From Alphaproteobacteria bacterium (GTDB taxonomy: Bacteria; Pseudomonadota; Alphaproteobacteria; UBA7985), in assembly GCA_965658725.1 (NCBI GenBank), contig CBFHUI010000002.1, positions 7,890-71,889 of the forward strand: a stretch of DNA of 64,000 nt, read 5' to 3'. A program made the position numbers and the translations under genes. Below the pieces are notes generated by a model. It did no database searches and was not told the origin of the DNA. It saw nothing but the letters and a program-made list of their open reading frames with translations. Each line of letters starts with the position of its first letter. Position 1 is the first letter of the stretch. This document shows, piece after piece, positions 22,543-34,587 of this stretch.

Positions 22543-23538
22543 ATGAAAGTTGGATTTATCGGATTGGGCAATGTCGGGGGTAAGCTGTCGGGCAGCCTTC
22601 TGCGCAACGAATTTGACTTGACGGTCCGCGATCTGGACCGCGACGCGGCACAGCCTTCTCTCGACAAGGGCGCGCATTGGGCGGATAGCCCCAAGGCCAT
22701 GGCCGAGGCCGTCGATATGGTTATCACGTGCCTGCCCTCTCCAGCGGCCAGTGCGGCGGTGATGGAAGCTGAGGATGGTATCCTCGCAGGTCTCAAGCCC
22801 GGCACGATCTGGGCTGAAATGTCCACCACGGACGAAAGCGAAGTCCGCCGCTTGGGCGCGCTGGTGCAGGCCAAGGGTGGCGAGCCGATCGACTGCCCGG
22901 TTTCCGGTGGCTGTCACCGCGCTGCGACGGGCAACATCTCGATCTTTGCCGGGTGCAGCCGCGAGACCTTTGAACGCGCCTTCCCGGTGCTGCGCTCGCT
23001 GGGACGGCGTATTTTGCACACGGGCGAGCTGGGCAGCGCATCGGTGCTGAAGGTCATGACCAACTACCTCGCTACTGCCAACCTCGTCACCCTGTGTGAA
23101 GCACTGGTGACCAGCAAGCTGGCCGGAATGGACTTGAACACGACCTATGAAGCAATCCGTATTTCCAGCGGTAATTCCTTTGTCCATGAAACCGAAAGTC
23201 AGGTGATTTTGAACGGTTCGCGGGACATCAACTTCACCATGGATCTGGTCCGCAAGGATATCGGCTTGTTCCAGTCGATTGCCGAGCGCGCCGGGCTGGA
23301 TCTGGAAGTCTCCCCCTTGCTCAACGCCATCTTTGCCGACGGCGAAGAGCGCTATGGTCCGCGCGAGTGGTCGCCGAACATCATCAAGCGTTTGGAAGAC
23401 GCCGCGGGGATCAGTGTGCTCGCTGACGGCTTCCCGGATGACATGGTTGACGATGAGCCGGAGTTCCCCGGCTGGGAAGTTGTACCCAAAGGCCTGAACC
23501 GAACCCCATTGGTCGCGCCACCCGAAGGCGTTGAGTAA
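22543..23538 (+). CDS. NAD(P)-binding oxidoreductase, 3-hydroxyisobutyrate/6-phosphogluconate dehydrogenase-like
   Basis: Rossmann motif GFIGLGNVGG. About 40-aa C-terminal extension. RBS GGAGGAG upstream. Confidence 0.7.
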   Translation: MKVGFIGLGNVGGKLSGSLLRNEFDLTVRDLDRDAAQPSLDKGAHWADSPKAMAEAVDMVITCLPSPAASAAVMEAEDGILAGLKPGTIWAEMSTTDESEVRRLGALVQAKGGEPIDCPVSGGCHRAATGNISIFAGCSRETFERAFPVLRSLGRRILHTGELGSASVLKVMTNYLATANLVTLCEALVTSKLAGMDLNTTYEAIRISSGNSFVHETESQVILNGSRDINFTMDLVRKDIGLFQSIAERAGLDLEVSPLLNAIFADGEERYGPREWSPNIIKRLEDAAGISVLADGFPDDMVDDEPEFPGWEVVPKGLNRTPLVAPPEGVE

Positions 23539-24026
23539 TGACGGAACCCAGCACGCCCGGCGTCGCGGCCTTTGCGGTCGAAGACCCCCGCGCGCCGGAT
23601 GTGCGCGTGCTGATTGAGGAGCTGGATGCTGAGATGGCGGCGCTCTCCGACCTGAGCCTGTGTGATCTGAGTACCGCGGAAGACCTGAGCGCGGACTACG
23701 TGCAGTTCCTTGTCGCTCGCTTCCATGGGCACCCCATCGCCTGTGGCGCGCTGGTGGTCAAGGACATCGACTGGGGCGAGATCAAGCGCATGTACGTGCG
23801 CCCAGTCGTGCGGGGCAAGGGACTGTCCAAAGCTCTGCTTGACCACTTGCTGGACATGGCGCGGCGGCGCGAATTGAGACGCTTGAGGTTGGAGACCAGC
23901 GTGCAGCAAGATGCAGCTTTGGCGCTCTATCGTGCAGCAGGGTTTGAGCCGTGCGCGCCCTATGCCGACCATCACAGCACCGATGCGGCGGCGGCGGGCG
24001 CGGTTTATCTGGAAGTGGCGCTTTAG
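23538..24026 (+). CDS. GNAT family N-acetyltransferase
   Basis: Acetyl-CoA binding motif RGKGLSKALL. ATG overlaps the upstream TAA. Confidence 0.75.
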   Translation: MTEPSTPGVAAFAVEDPRAPDVRVLIEELDAEMAALSDLSLCDLSTAEDLSADYVQFLVARFHGHPIACGALVVKDIDWGEIKRMYVRPVVRGKGLSKALLDHLLDMARRRELRRLRLETSVQQDAALALYRAAGFEPCAPYADHHSTDAAAAGAVYLEVAL

Positions 24027-24676
24027 CCCGGGTACTTGCGCTCACCGCGCCGAATTCGAGTTTGCAGCATGGCGAGGACGCCCGCCGACCCGTCCTCGCG
24101 GAAAGCACGCTCGATCGCCGAGCGGAAATCAGAGACCAAATTGAGCCCGAAGATCGATACGTCCCCGATTTTGGACACACCTTCTTCCTCAACCACCGTC
24201 CATTTCACCTTGTAGGTGTCACCGTGCGAGACCACGGTCGTTTCCATGATCATCGCGGTTTGCGACCGGTTCGGCCTGACACGATCGACGACGAAGGTGG
24301 TCTTGGGCTCGTAGAGCGCAAAAATGTCGAGGATGAATTCAGAAACAACGTTCTGGATCAGTACGTTGAACGTGTGCCGCCGGGACCGGCTGAAATCGTT
24401 CAGGAAAACGCCCCCGGCTTTCTCCCCCATCAGATTGGTCGCGAACCGCGCCTTGGTCACTTCTTCCGCCCACTGGCGGCGGGAAGACCAATCGTTGCTC
24501 ACTCCATTGAGTTGGCCAAACAGGTCAAAGGCACCCTCTGCAATTTCAGTGATGATTGCGGCGGGGTCTTCGTCGGGAGAGGCCAGCATCAAACCGGGCG
24601 CTGCACCAGCAGACACGAGGCCCGAACCGGTCAAAATCAGAGCCTGACGGCGGGTAAGGGAGAGAGCCTTGGTCAT
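24023..24676 (-). CDS. MlaC/Ttg2D-like periplasmic lipid-binding protein (Tat signal)
   Basis: Twin-arginine signal TRRQALILTG. Central and C-terminal segments resemble the MlaC pattern (FDF..MSR..LG...W; WKVxDVxxEGVS). Confidence 0.5.
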   Translation of the reverse strand: MTKALSLTRRQALILTGSGLVSAGAAPGLMLASPDEDPAAIITEIAEGAFDLFGQLNGVSNDWSSRRQWAEEVTKARFATNLMGEKAGGVFLNDFSRSRRHTFNVLIQNVVSEFILDIFALYEPKTTFVVDRVRPNRSQTAMIMETTVVSHGDTYKVKWTVVEEEGVSKIGDVSIFGLNLVSDFRSAIERAFREDGSAGVLAMLQTRIRRGERKYPG

Positions 24677-24817
24677 ACGATAATCCCGAATTCAACGTGC
24701 TTACACGCTCAATATGGTTCTACATGCAGCACTTACCAGCCAAACCCAAGGCTAAAATGCCAGATTGTTGGAGTTGTGAACGCCCCCAACTTAAGACGGC
24801 CGCAGGCAGGCGCTCAC

Positions 24818-25510
24818 TCAAGCTGTGGAGAGGAGTGCCTGAGCGGTGGCGCGGGGGTCGCTGCTCCGGGTCAGGGCGCTGACCACAGCGATACCGTCAA
24901 CCCGCGCTTCACGCAGGTGCGGCAGGGTCTGAAGACTGATCCCGCCAATCGCGACGATGGGCAGGGCGGGGTCCAGCCCTTCGATCACCGCGTTGATCCC
25001 GGCACTACCTAGCGCAACCCCCGCGTCCGCCTTGGTGCCGGTGGCGAAGGCTGGCCCGACGCCGATGTAGTCGATCAGCGCGGGATCTTGCGTCCGCAGG
25101 AGGTCCAGCCGCGCGCGTTCTTCCGCTGTACCGACGGACCAGCCAATCACGGCGTCCGGCCCCAGCTGCGCGCGCGCCTCTATTGGCGGCAGATCGTCCT
25201 GCCCCAGATGCACGCCATCGGCGCCCAACGCGGCAGCAAGGGAGACATCGTCGTTGATCAGGAAAGGAACGCCTTGCGCTCGAGCCGCCCGGAACGCCGG
25301 CTGCGCAGCGGCGACGCGGGTGTCTAGGGGGGCAGCGGCTGTCTCGGTCATGTCCCGCCACTGCACGCACGTCACCCCGCCCTCGACGGCAGCGTTGATG
25401 AGACCGGGGGCGCTGGCATTCGGGCGCAGGTCTTGCGGGCCGAACACCAAGTAAAGGCGCAGAGCGCGCTTAGGCAGTCGTGGCGCTGTAGAGGGCATCG
25501 AGGAAGGCAA
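24818..25510 (-). CDS. thiE: thiamine-phosphate synthase
   Basis: TIM-barrel ThiE motifs (LYLV, HLGQDD, IGGI). The 5' end overlaps the thiM stop. Confidence 0.85.
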   Translation of the reverse strand: MPSSMPSTAPRLPKRALRLYLVFGPQDLRPNASAPGLINAAVEGGVTCVQWRDMTETAAAPLDTRVAAAQPAFRAARAQGVPFLINDDVSLAAALGADGVHLGQDDLPPIEARAQLGPDAVIGWSVGTAEERARLDLLRTQDPALIDYIGVGPAFATGTKADAGVALGSAGINAVIEGLDPALPIVAIGGISLQTLPHLREARVDGIAVVSALTRSSDPRATAQALLSTA

Positions 25511-26209
25511 CTTTGAAACTGCCCGGTCCTTTGGCGGTCTTGGCCGCGTAGTCGGCAGCGCCGCTCATCAGGTGCAGGGCGGCGACGGCGGCGTCGAAGG
25601 GGTCTTCTGCAACCGCGAGGAAAGCCGCGCAGACCCCGCCCGCAACGCATCCGGTTCCCGTCACAGTCGCCATGAGCGCGTCTCCCCCGGTCAGGCGAAC
25701 AACCCTGTCGGCGGAGACGACGTAATCAGTCGCGCCGGTCATGGTGACAACGGTTTTGAACTTATCGGCGAGCAGGCGTGCCACCCCGGCGGCTTCTTCG
25801 GGCGAAGCAAGGCTGTCCACGCCTTCAACCACCCCAGCCTGACCGCCCAGCGCAAGGATCTCACCCGCGTTGCCGCGAATGATGGCGGGGCGGAGCGCAA
25901 GCAGGGTCTCGGCGATCTCGGTCCGCAGCGCACTGCCTCCAGCGCCAACCGGGTCAAAGACCCAGCGCTTCGCCGCTTTTGCAGCGGTGGCGTAGGGCTC
26001 GGTCCCCTCTGGCACTCCGATGTTAATCAGCACGGCATCGGCGGCACCCGCGATGGCGCCCACTTCTGCCTGTCCGCGCGCCATGATTGGCCGGGCGGCC
26101 ATGGCATTGAGTGCATCGGCAACGAACCCCATGGTCACAGGGTTGGTCACGCAGTGGACCAGCGGGCGGCGCGCCTGAAGCAGCGGCAAGAGGGTTCCGA
26201 CGCTCGACA

Positions 26210-26210
<1 letters not shown>
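25470..26210 (-). CDS. thiM: hydroxyethylthiazole kinase
   Basis: ThiM signatures (PLVHCVTNPV, GTGC). ATG overlaps the TGA of the upstream binding-protein gene (TGATG). Confidence 0.85.
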
Positions 26211-28768
<2,558 letters not shown>

Positions 28769-28799
28769 GCCAACAAGAGACGGCGACCCGCGCGGGCCG

Positions 28800-29303
28800 T
28801 TAGGCGGCGCGGGTTTGCAGGTCTTTCAGGACCGGTTCGAACCGCAAGCGGTCTTCTTCGGTCATAATCGACAGCATCACTTGCCGGAAGCCCGAGAGGC
28901 TGGCCGGATCTGCGCCTTCGAAGGCTGTGACCAGAAGCGTGCGCTGTGCGTCGATGAGTTCGTCGAGCAAGGCCTGTCCCTGCTCGGAAACCAACAGCAG
29001 CCGCTGCCGACGATCGCTCGCCCCGACTTTCTGTTTCACCAGCCCGCTGTCGATCAACCGGCGCAGGACTCGGGCGAGGCTCTGCTTAGTGATGTTCAGA
29101 ATCTCCAGCAGATGACCCACGGTGATGCCGCCGTTCGTGCCGATAAAGTAGAGCGCTCGGTGGTGCGCGCGGCCCAGATCATGGTCTTCCAGAATCCGGT
29201 CGGCGACGTCGGTAAAGTCCCGATAGGCAAAGAACATCAGTTCGATAGCCTCGCGCGCGGCGGCATCAAGGGATTCGGATGGAGCGGTTGGCTTTTCAGA
29301 CAC
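28800..29303 (-). CDS. MarR family transcriptional regulator
   Basis: Winged-helix MarR core (LLEILNITKQSLARVLRRLIDSGLV). GTG start suggested at 29303; the ORF extends to 29432. Confidence 0.65.
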   Translation of the reverse strand: MSEKPTAPSESLDAAAREAIELMFFAYRDFTDVADRILEDHDLGRAHHRALYFIGTNGGITVGHLLEILNITKQSLARVLRRLIDSGLVKQKVGASDRRQRLLLVSEQGQALLDELIDAQRTLLVTAFEGADPASLSGFRQVMLSIMTEEDRLRFEPVLKDLQTRAA

Positions 29304-29336
29304 AGGGTCTTCTCTTGGCTGAGGATGTGAAGAAAA

Positions 29337-29357
29337 TATGTCAGGAGTGTTGACATA
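29337..29357. promoter_or_regulatory. perfect inverted repeat TATGTCA-N7-TGACATA (candidate MarR operator)
   Basis: Seen in the marR/ilvE divergent intergenic region; overlaps a TTGACA -35-like hexamer. Confidence 0.4.
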
Positions 29358-29425
29358 AATCCAGCCCCCCTTTAGTGGCGAAGGGGAGGAATTTTCCAAA
29401 AATTGCGCGTGGTGGAGTCTGCAGT

Positions 29426-30298
29426 ATGGCAACCGTTCCGTTTGATAAGCTCGGTGGGAAACTTTGGTACAACGGCGAAGTGGTCGATTGGGATGAGGGC
29501 AAGCTGCACATCCTGAGCCACGGTTTGCACTATGGCTCCTGCGTCTTTGAGGGCGAGCGCGCCTATGGGGGAAAGATTTTCAAGCACCAGGAACACACGG
29601 ATCGACTGTTTAAGTCGGCTGAAATCCTGGGCATGGAGATCGGTTACTCGAACAAGGAACTGTATGACGCGGGCTATGACTCACTGCACGCGCAGGGCTT
29701 TGAAGACGCTTATGTTCGGGCTGTTGCCTGGCGCGGGTCGGAGATGATGGCGATTTCTGCCCAGCAAACGACGACCCACGTTGCGGTCATCTGTTGGGAC
29801 ATGGGATCCTACTTCGATCCTGAAGCGCGGATGGCGGGGATCAAGCTGCAGTGGGCCAAATACAAGCGGCCTTCGCCCGAGTGTGCCCCCGTTCACGCTA
29901 AGGCTGCTGGGCTGTACATGATTTGCACGGTCTCCAAGCATGAAGCTGAGGCCCAGGGCTTCAACGATGCGCTTATGGTCGATTGGCGCGGGTACGTGGC
30001 GGAATGCACCGGGGCAAACATCTTTTTCGTCAAGGACGGTGCGCTGCACACGCCGACGCCGGATTGCTTCTTGAACGGGATCACGCGGCAGACGGTGATC
30101 GAACGGGCCAAGGCCAAGGGGATCGATGTCATCGAGCGGCACATCCTGCCCGAGGAGCTGGTGGAGATGCAGGAAGTCTTTATCGTTGGCACCGCGGCGG
30201 AAGTTACGCCCATCAACCAGATCGGCGACGTTAACTATCAGGTCGGGGAAGTGACGCGCGACCTGCTCACGGACTACCACCACCACGTTCGCGGCTAG
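29426..30298 (+). CDS. ilvE: branched-chain amino acid aminotransferase
   Basis: Class IV aminotransferase (EGERAY; catalytic Lys region). RBS GGTGGAG. Confidence 0.9.
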   Translation: MATVPFDKLGGKLWYNGEVVDWDEGKLHILSHGLHYGSCVFEGERAYGGKIFKHQEHTDRLFKSAEILGMEIGYSNKELYDAGYDSLHAQGFEDAYVRAVAWRGSEMMAISAQQTTTHVAVICWDMGSYFDPEARMAGIKLQWAKYKRPSPECAPVHAKAAGLYMICTVSKHEAEAQGFNDALMVDWRGYVAECTGANIFFVKDGALHTPTPDCFLNGITRQTVIERAKAKGIDVIERHILPEELVEMQEVFIVGTAAEVTPINQIGDVNYQVGEVTRDLLTDYHHHVRG

Positions 30299-30431
30299 CG
30301 GCAGGGTGTCTGCGGTCGGCGCGCTACGCGCGCCGGCATTTTGCCAGCCTCGGGTGGCCTGCGGCCACACGCTCGGCCTGCGTGCCGGGCGCTGTCAGTC
30401 ACAGGCTCCAGAGCGGTATACCGACATCATG

Positions 30432-30465
30432 CCCGCTCAACACGCTCCGCTTTGAGCGGGGTTTT
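30432..30465 (+). terminator. intrinsic terminator after ilvE
   Basis: cccgctcaa-N11-ttgagcggg followed by GTTTT. Overlaps the pgsA stop. Confidence 0.45.
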
Positions 30466-31045
30466 ACGGCTTTGAGAGAAATACACGGACGTAGTCTGCA
30501 GCGCTGAGCCAGCTTGCCGCCACTGCCACCCAAAGCGGCCAGACCACCAGCGGGCTTGCCAGCGTTGTCGGTGCAGGGCGCAGGCCCAAGGCAGTAAAGC
30601 TGATGTCTGCCAACGCCATGGCCATAGCCATGCACTGCACCACCGTTTTCATCTTGCCCAGGCTGCGCACGTCCAGCCTCCAGTTCTGCGCCAGCGCCGC
30701 TTCGCGCAGACCGCCGACGAGAAGATCGCGGCTGATCAGCAGCAGTACGGGCGCCACCACGGCCAGCGTGGGCACCAGGATCGCCAGTCCGACCCCCGCG
30801 CACAGCATCAGAACTTTGTCGGCCACGGGGTCGAGAATAGCCCCCAGTGTGCTTTCCTGCCCCAGCCGCCGCGCCAGCAGGCCGTCGAGCACGTCGCTCA
30901 TGCATGCGATGGCAAAGAGCCCGAAGGCTACGGGCAGTCCTACAGCGCCCGAAACCGTTCCCTGCGCCACCAGCACCAGCAACACGCCAACCACGGGTGC
31001 GAGCAGCAGGCGGAGAAGGGTCAGGGTGTTGGGTATGTGCTGCAT
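30464..31045 (-). CDS. pgsA: CDP-diacylglycerol--glycerol-3-phosphate 3-phosphatidyltransferase
   Basis: CDP-alcohol phosphatidyltransferase motif D(x)2DG(x)2AR...G...DPVADK. Conserved uvrC-pgsA pair. Confidence 0.85.
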   Translation of the reverse strand: MQHIPNTLTLLRLLLAPVVGVLLVLVAQGTVSGAVGLPVAFGLFAIACMSDVLDGLLARRLGQESTLGAILDPVADKVLMLCAGVGLAILVPTLAVVAPVLLLISRDLLVGGLREAALAQNWRLDVRSLGKMKTVVQCMAMAMALADISFTALGLRPAPTTLASPLVVWPLWVAVAASWLSAADYVRVFLSKP

Positions 31046-31051
31046 GAGGCG

Positions 31052-33070
31052 TTATTCCTGATGGAAGTGGTCGTAGATTTTCTGCGCGACCGTCTCCGAA
31101 ATACCATCAACGCCTTCGAGATCGGTGACGCTCGCTCGGGAGACTGAGCGAGCGGAGCCGAAGTGCAGCAGCAGCGCCTTTTTCCGCCGAGGACCGATCC
31201 CTGGTACGTCGTCCAGTGGGCTCTTTTTGATGGCAGCAGAGCGCTTCGCGCGGTGCGTGCCAATGGCGAAGCGGTGAACTTCATCGCGCAGACGCTGAAG
31301 GTAGTAGAGCACCGGATCGCGCTCGGGCATCTGAAAGGCGGGCGCGTCGGGCATGAAGAATTGCTCTCGCCCGGCATTGCGGTCAGGCCCTTTAGCAATG
31401 GCGACCAGGGGTACGTCATCGATGCCCAGCTCGGTCAGAGTCTCGACCACGGCCGAGAGCTGCCCCTTGCCACCGTCAATCAGCACCAGATCCGGCCACT
31501 GTCCATGGTCGCGGTCGGGGTCTTCCTTGAGCGCCCGAGAGAAGCGGCGGTGGAACACCTCGCGCATCATGGCGTAGTCGTCGCCTGGCGCGGTATCAGA
31601 CTTGATGTTGAACTTGCGGTAGCTGTTCTTGATGAAGCCTTCCGGCCCGGCGACCACCATGGCGCCGACGGCATTCGCGCCCTGAATGTGCGAGTTGTCG
31701 TAGACCTCGATCCGTTCAGGCGGCGCGGACAGACCAAACGCTTCAGCAACACCATCGAGCAGGCGACGCTGGGTGGAGGATTCGGCCTGCCGCCGCTCCA
31801 GCGCTTCCCGCGCGTTCCGGGTTGCGTTGGCCATGACGTCGCGCTTGACCCCGCGCTGGGGTCGTAGCAGCTGCACCTTGCGTTCTGCCTTGGCGGACAG
31901 GGCTTCTGTCAGCAGGTCGAACTCCACCGGGTCGTGGCTCACCAGGACCAGCCTTGGCACCGGCTTGTCCGCGTAGAACTGTCCGATGAAGCTGGCCAGC
32001 ACGTCGGGGATTTCGTCGCTCTTGTCGTGACGGGGGAAGTAGGCGCGGTTTCCGTAGTTGCGGCCAGCCCGGTAGAAAAACACCTGCACGCAAATCTGAC
32101 CACTGGCGCTAAAGGCTGCGATGACGTCGGCGTCTTCGATCTCCCCCTGCAGGTTGACGTCCTGATGCGCCTGTACTGCGCTGAGTGCGCGCAGGCGATC
32201 GCGCAGCATGGCGGCGCGCTCGAACTGCAGGTTCTCTGCTGCTTCCTGCATGGTCACGGCAAGCTCATCTTGAATGCGCCGGCTTTCACCGAAGAGGAAG
32301 GCTTTCGCCTCTGCCACCAAGGCGTCGTAGCCGTCCTGATCGATCTTGCCGACGCACGGCGCGGAGCAACGCTTGATCTGGTAGAGCAAGCAGGGGCGTG
32401 TCCGGTTCTCGAACACAGAATCCGAGCACGAGCGCAGGAGGAAAGCTTTCTCCAGTGCCGTTACAGTCCGATTGACCGACTTGGCACTGGCAAAGGGGCC
32501 GAAGTAGTCGCCCTTGCGCCGGTGCGCGCCGCGGTGCTTCGTCACCTGCGCAAAGGCGTGGTCGGCAGTCAGCAGGATGTAGGGAAAGGATTTGTCGTCC
32601 CGCAGCAGCACGTTGTAGCGCGGCTGAAAGCGCTTGATCAGGTTGGACTCGAGCAGCAGGGCTTCGACCTCGCTGTTGGTCACCACGATCTCCAGCCCCT
32701 TGGTTTCAGCCACCATCCGGCGCAGACGGTTGGGTAGACGTTCCAGCTGGGTGTAGTTGGTAACCCGGCGACGCAGGTTGCGTGCCTTGCCCACGTAGAT
32801 CGGGTCACCCCGGCGGTCGAGCATTCGGTACACGCCAGGTGAGCTGCTCAGGGTCTTCACGCCATCCCGGAGCGTTTGCAAGCCCATGGCAAGGTCAGAA
32901 CCGACTTCATCAGGAGACGTAGGCTGTGCGCCGGGAGAGGCCGCGGCAGCGTCCTCGTAGTCCGCAGCGTCCTCGTTCAGGGTCAGAGCAACAGACTCAT
33001 GCGCCGGCATCGCGGCGCGCTTGCCGCCGGCGCTGCTGTCGTTTTCCCGAAGGGTTTTAGCGCGTCGCAT
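31052..33070 (-). CDS. uvrC: excinuclease ABC subunit C
   Basis: GIY-YIG ([19 protein letters not shown]), UvrBC domain, RNase H-like and HhH C-terminus. Start uncertain: ATG ~33070 (acidic N-extension), ~33010 or ~32887. The GTG at 33229 lies in AT-rich DNA and is unlikely. Confidence 0.85.
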   Translation of the reverse strand: MRRAKTLRENDSSAGGKRAAMPAHESVALTLNEDAADYEDAAAASPGAQPTSPDEVGSDLAMGLQTLRDGVKTLSSSPGVYRMLDRRGDPIYVGKARNLRRRVTNYTQLERLPNRLRRMVAETKGLEIVVTNSEVEALLLESNLIKRFQPRYNVLLRDDKSFPYILLTADHAFAQVTKHRGAHRRKGDYFGPFASAKSVNRTVTALEKAFLLRSCSDSVFENRTRPCLLYQIKRCSAPCVGKIDQDGYDALVAEAKAFLFGESRRIQDELAVTMQEAAENLQFERAAMLRDRLRALSAVQAHQDVNLQGEIEDADVIAAFSASGQICVQVFFYRAGRNYGNRAYFPRHDKSDEIPDVLASFIGQFYADKPVPRLVLVSHDPVEFDLLTEALSAKAERKVQLLRPQRGVKRDVMANATRNAREALERRQAESSTQRRLLDGVAEAFGLSAPPERIEVYDNSHIQGANAVGAMVVAGPEGFIKNSYRKFNIKSDTAPGDDYAMMREVFHRRFSRALKEDPDRDHGQWPDLVLIDGGKGQLSAVVETLTELGIDDVPLVAIAKGPDRNAGREQFFMPDAPAFQMPERDPVLYYLQRLRDEVHRFAIGTHRAKRSAAIKKSPLDDVPGIGPRRKKALLLHFGSARSVSRASVTDLEGVDGISETVAQKIYDHFHQE

Positions 33071-33133
33071 AATGTGAAAACTTAACTTGCTTTTCTGGGT
33101 TTCCAAAGGAACGAATGAGTTAACCACGGTTTC

Positions 33134-33154
33134 TGTGGATAACCCTGTCGATAA
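33134..33154. promoter_or_regulatory. tandem DnaA-box-like sites (TGTGGATAA ccc TGTCGATAA)
   Basis: One perfect and one 1-mismatch 9-mer within the AT-rich 350-bp island upstream of uvrC. Confidence 0.4.
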
Positions 33155-33417
33155 TTTGTCACGCCTGACCGACTCTTCCCTGTTTTCAGTGTTTTGGCAG
33201 GGGGTGACCAAAACTTGTGCAGTTTCCACCCTAGTGATTTAAGGTGTTGAAATTAAATCGAAATTTTTGACCCTACAAAGCCTTGCTCACTGATATTGTT
33301 GGCTTTTTTGGCCTGATGCGGAGTCGCAATTTACTTTTGGCCGGACTGTAGACAATCCGGTCCAAATCCGCCGAAACTGCTGGAATCCCTGCGAATTTTC
33401 GGTGTGAGACAAAAAAA

Positions 33418-33780
33418 TCAGTTGCGACGCAAGCGCACCGTGACCGAAGCGCACTCAGCGTCGTCGAAAACGTCCAGTTTTTCGCCGCGAACTTCCAGAG
33501 TGATCATCCGCGGATCGTCGAACAAGCGGTTGGCCAACTCATCCACCAGCGTTTCCAGCAAGTTGAAGTGTCCCTCGGTGACCATGGTCCGTGCCGTCTC
33601 GACGAAGACTTCGTAGCTCAGCACCTTACTGAAGTCGTCAGACAGGCGCTCGGGCAGATCCACGTCCGCTTGAAACGAAAGCCGCACCCGCTGGGGGGCT
33701 TCGTGCTCGTGGGGGTAAATGCCGATATTGGCCGACACCAGCAGGTTATCGACGGAAATGCTGCGTTCTCGAATGATCAT
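33418..33780 (-). CDS. folB: dihydroneopterin aldolase
   Basis: 120-aa DHNA fold (MIIRERSISVDNLLV..IGIYPHE). Confidence 0.8.
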   Translation of the reverse strand: MIIRERSISVDNLLVSANIGIYPHEHEAPQRVRLSFQADVDLPERLSDDFSKVLSYEVFVETARTMVTEGHFNLLETLVDELANRLFDDPRMITLEVRGEKLDVFDDAECASVTVRLRRN

Positions 33781-33789
33781 TCGAAAGGC

Positions 33790-34569
33790 CTATTCGATGG
33801 GGACAGGCCGGTCTGGTGCAGGTGCGGCCCAGTTTAGGTGCTGACCGCCATCCAAAGCGATCATTTGCCCCGTCATAGACTGTGCGCCGAGGATGAAGTC
33901 AACCGCGTGGCAGATGTCCGCCAGAGGGGTGGCGACCTTCAGGGGGGTGTCCTGAACTTGTTCGTCGAAATGTTCCTGACTTTGGCGTGGTGACGGCAGA
34001 GTGGGGCCAGGGCCGATGCCGTTGACGCGGATGCCGCGCGGGGCAAGGGCGAGGGCGAGCTGCTTGGTTAAGCCCCACAGCGCGTACTTGGACGCGGTGT
34101 AGGAGATGAAGTGCTCCGTCAGGTTCCAGACCCGTTGGTCGATCATGTTAATGATCGCGCCGCCGTTGGCGTTTTCGGGGAACTGCCGGGCCAGCGCTTG
34201 GCTCAACACCAACGGCGCGCGCAGGTTCGGCTCCATGTGGCTGTCCCAAGAAGCACGGTCAGCGGTGTCGATGGAGTCGTACTGAAAGGCTGAAGCGTTG
34301 TTGATCAGGGCGGTGAGCGGCGCATCCAGTTGCGCGCTAGCGTGGGCGACCAAATCACTGACCTCAGCCTCGGCGCTCAGATCTGCCTTAACCAGTGCGG
34401 CGCGGCCGCCTGCCGCTTCTATGGCCTGTGCGGTTTGTTCCGCGCCGGACGCGCTGGCTCGGTAGTGCAGGGCGACAGCCCATCCCTGTGCGCCCAAGTG
34501 CTCGGCCATGGCGGCGCCGATGCGCTGGGCTGCGCCGGTGATCAGAACTGCATTGGAGGTTGAAGCCAC
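33790..34569 (-). CDS. SDR family oxidoreductase (pteridine reductase-like, upstream of folB)
   Basis: TGAAQRIG NAD(P) motif and YxxxK catalytic motif. Confidence 0.8.
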   Translation of the reverse strand: MASTSNAVLITGAAQRIGAAMAEHLGAQGWAVALHYRASASGAEQTAQAIEAAGGRAALVKADLSAEAEVSDLVAHASAQLDAPLTALINNASAFQYDSIDTADRASWDSHMEPNLRAPLVLSQALARQFPENANGGAIINMIDQRVWNLTEHFISYTASKYALWGLTKQLALALAPRGIRVNGIGPGPTLPSPRQSQEHFDEQVQDTPLKVATPLADICHAVDFILGAQSMTGQMIALDGGQHLNWAAPAPDRPVPIE

Positions 34570-34587
34570 GGGTCCAGCCCCTTGAGT

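Noticed and set aside
31052-33229. uvrC start at the GTG of the full 725-aa ORF.
   Set aside because: The first ~50 codons lie in the AT-rich, non-coding-like intergenic island. Internal ATG starts are preferred.
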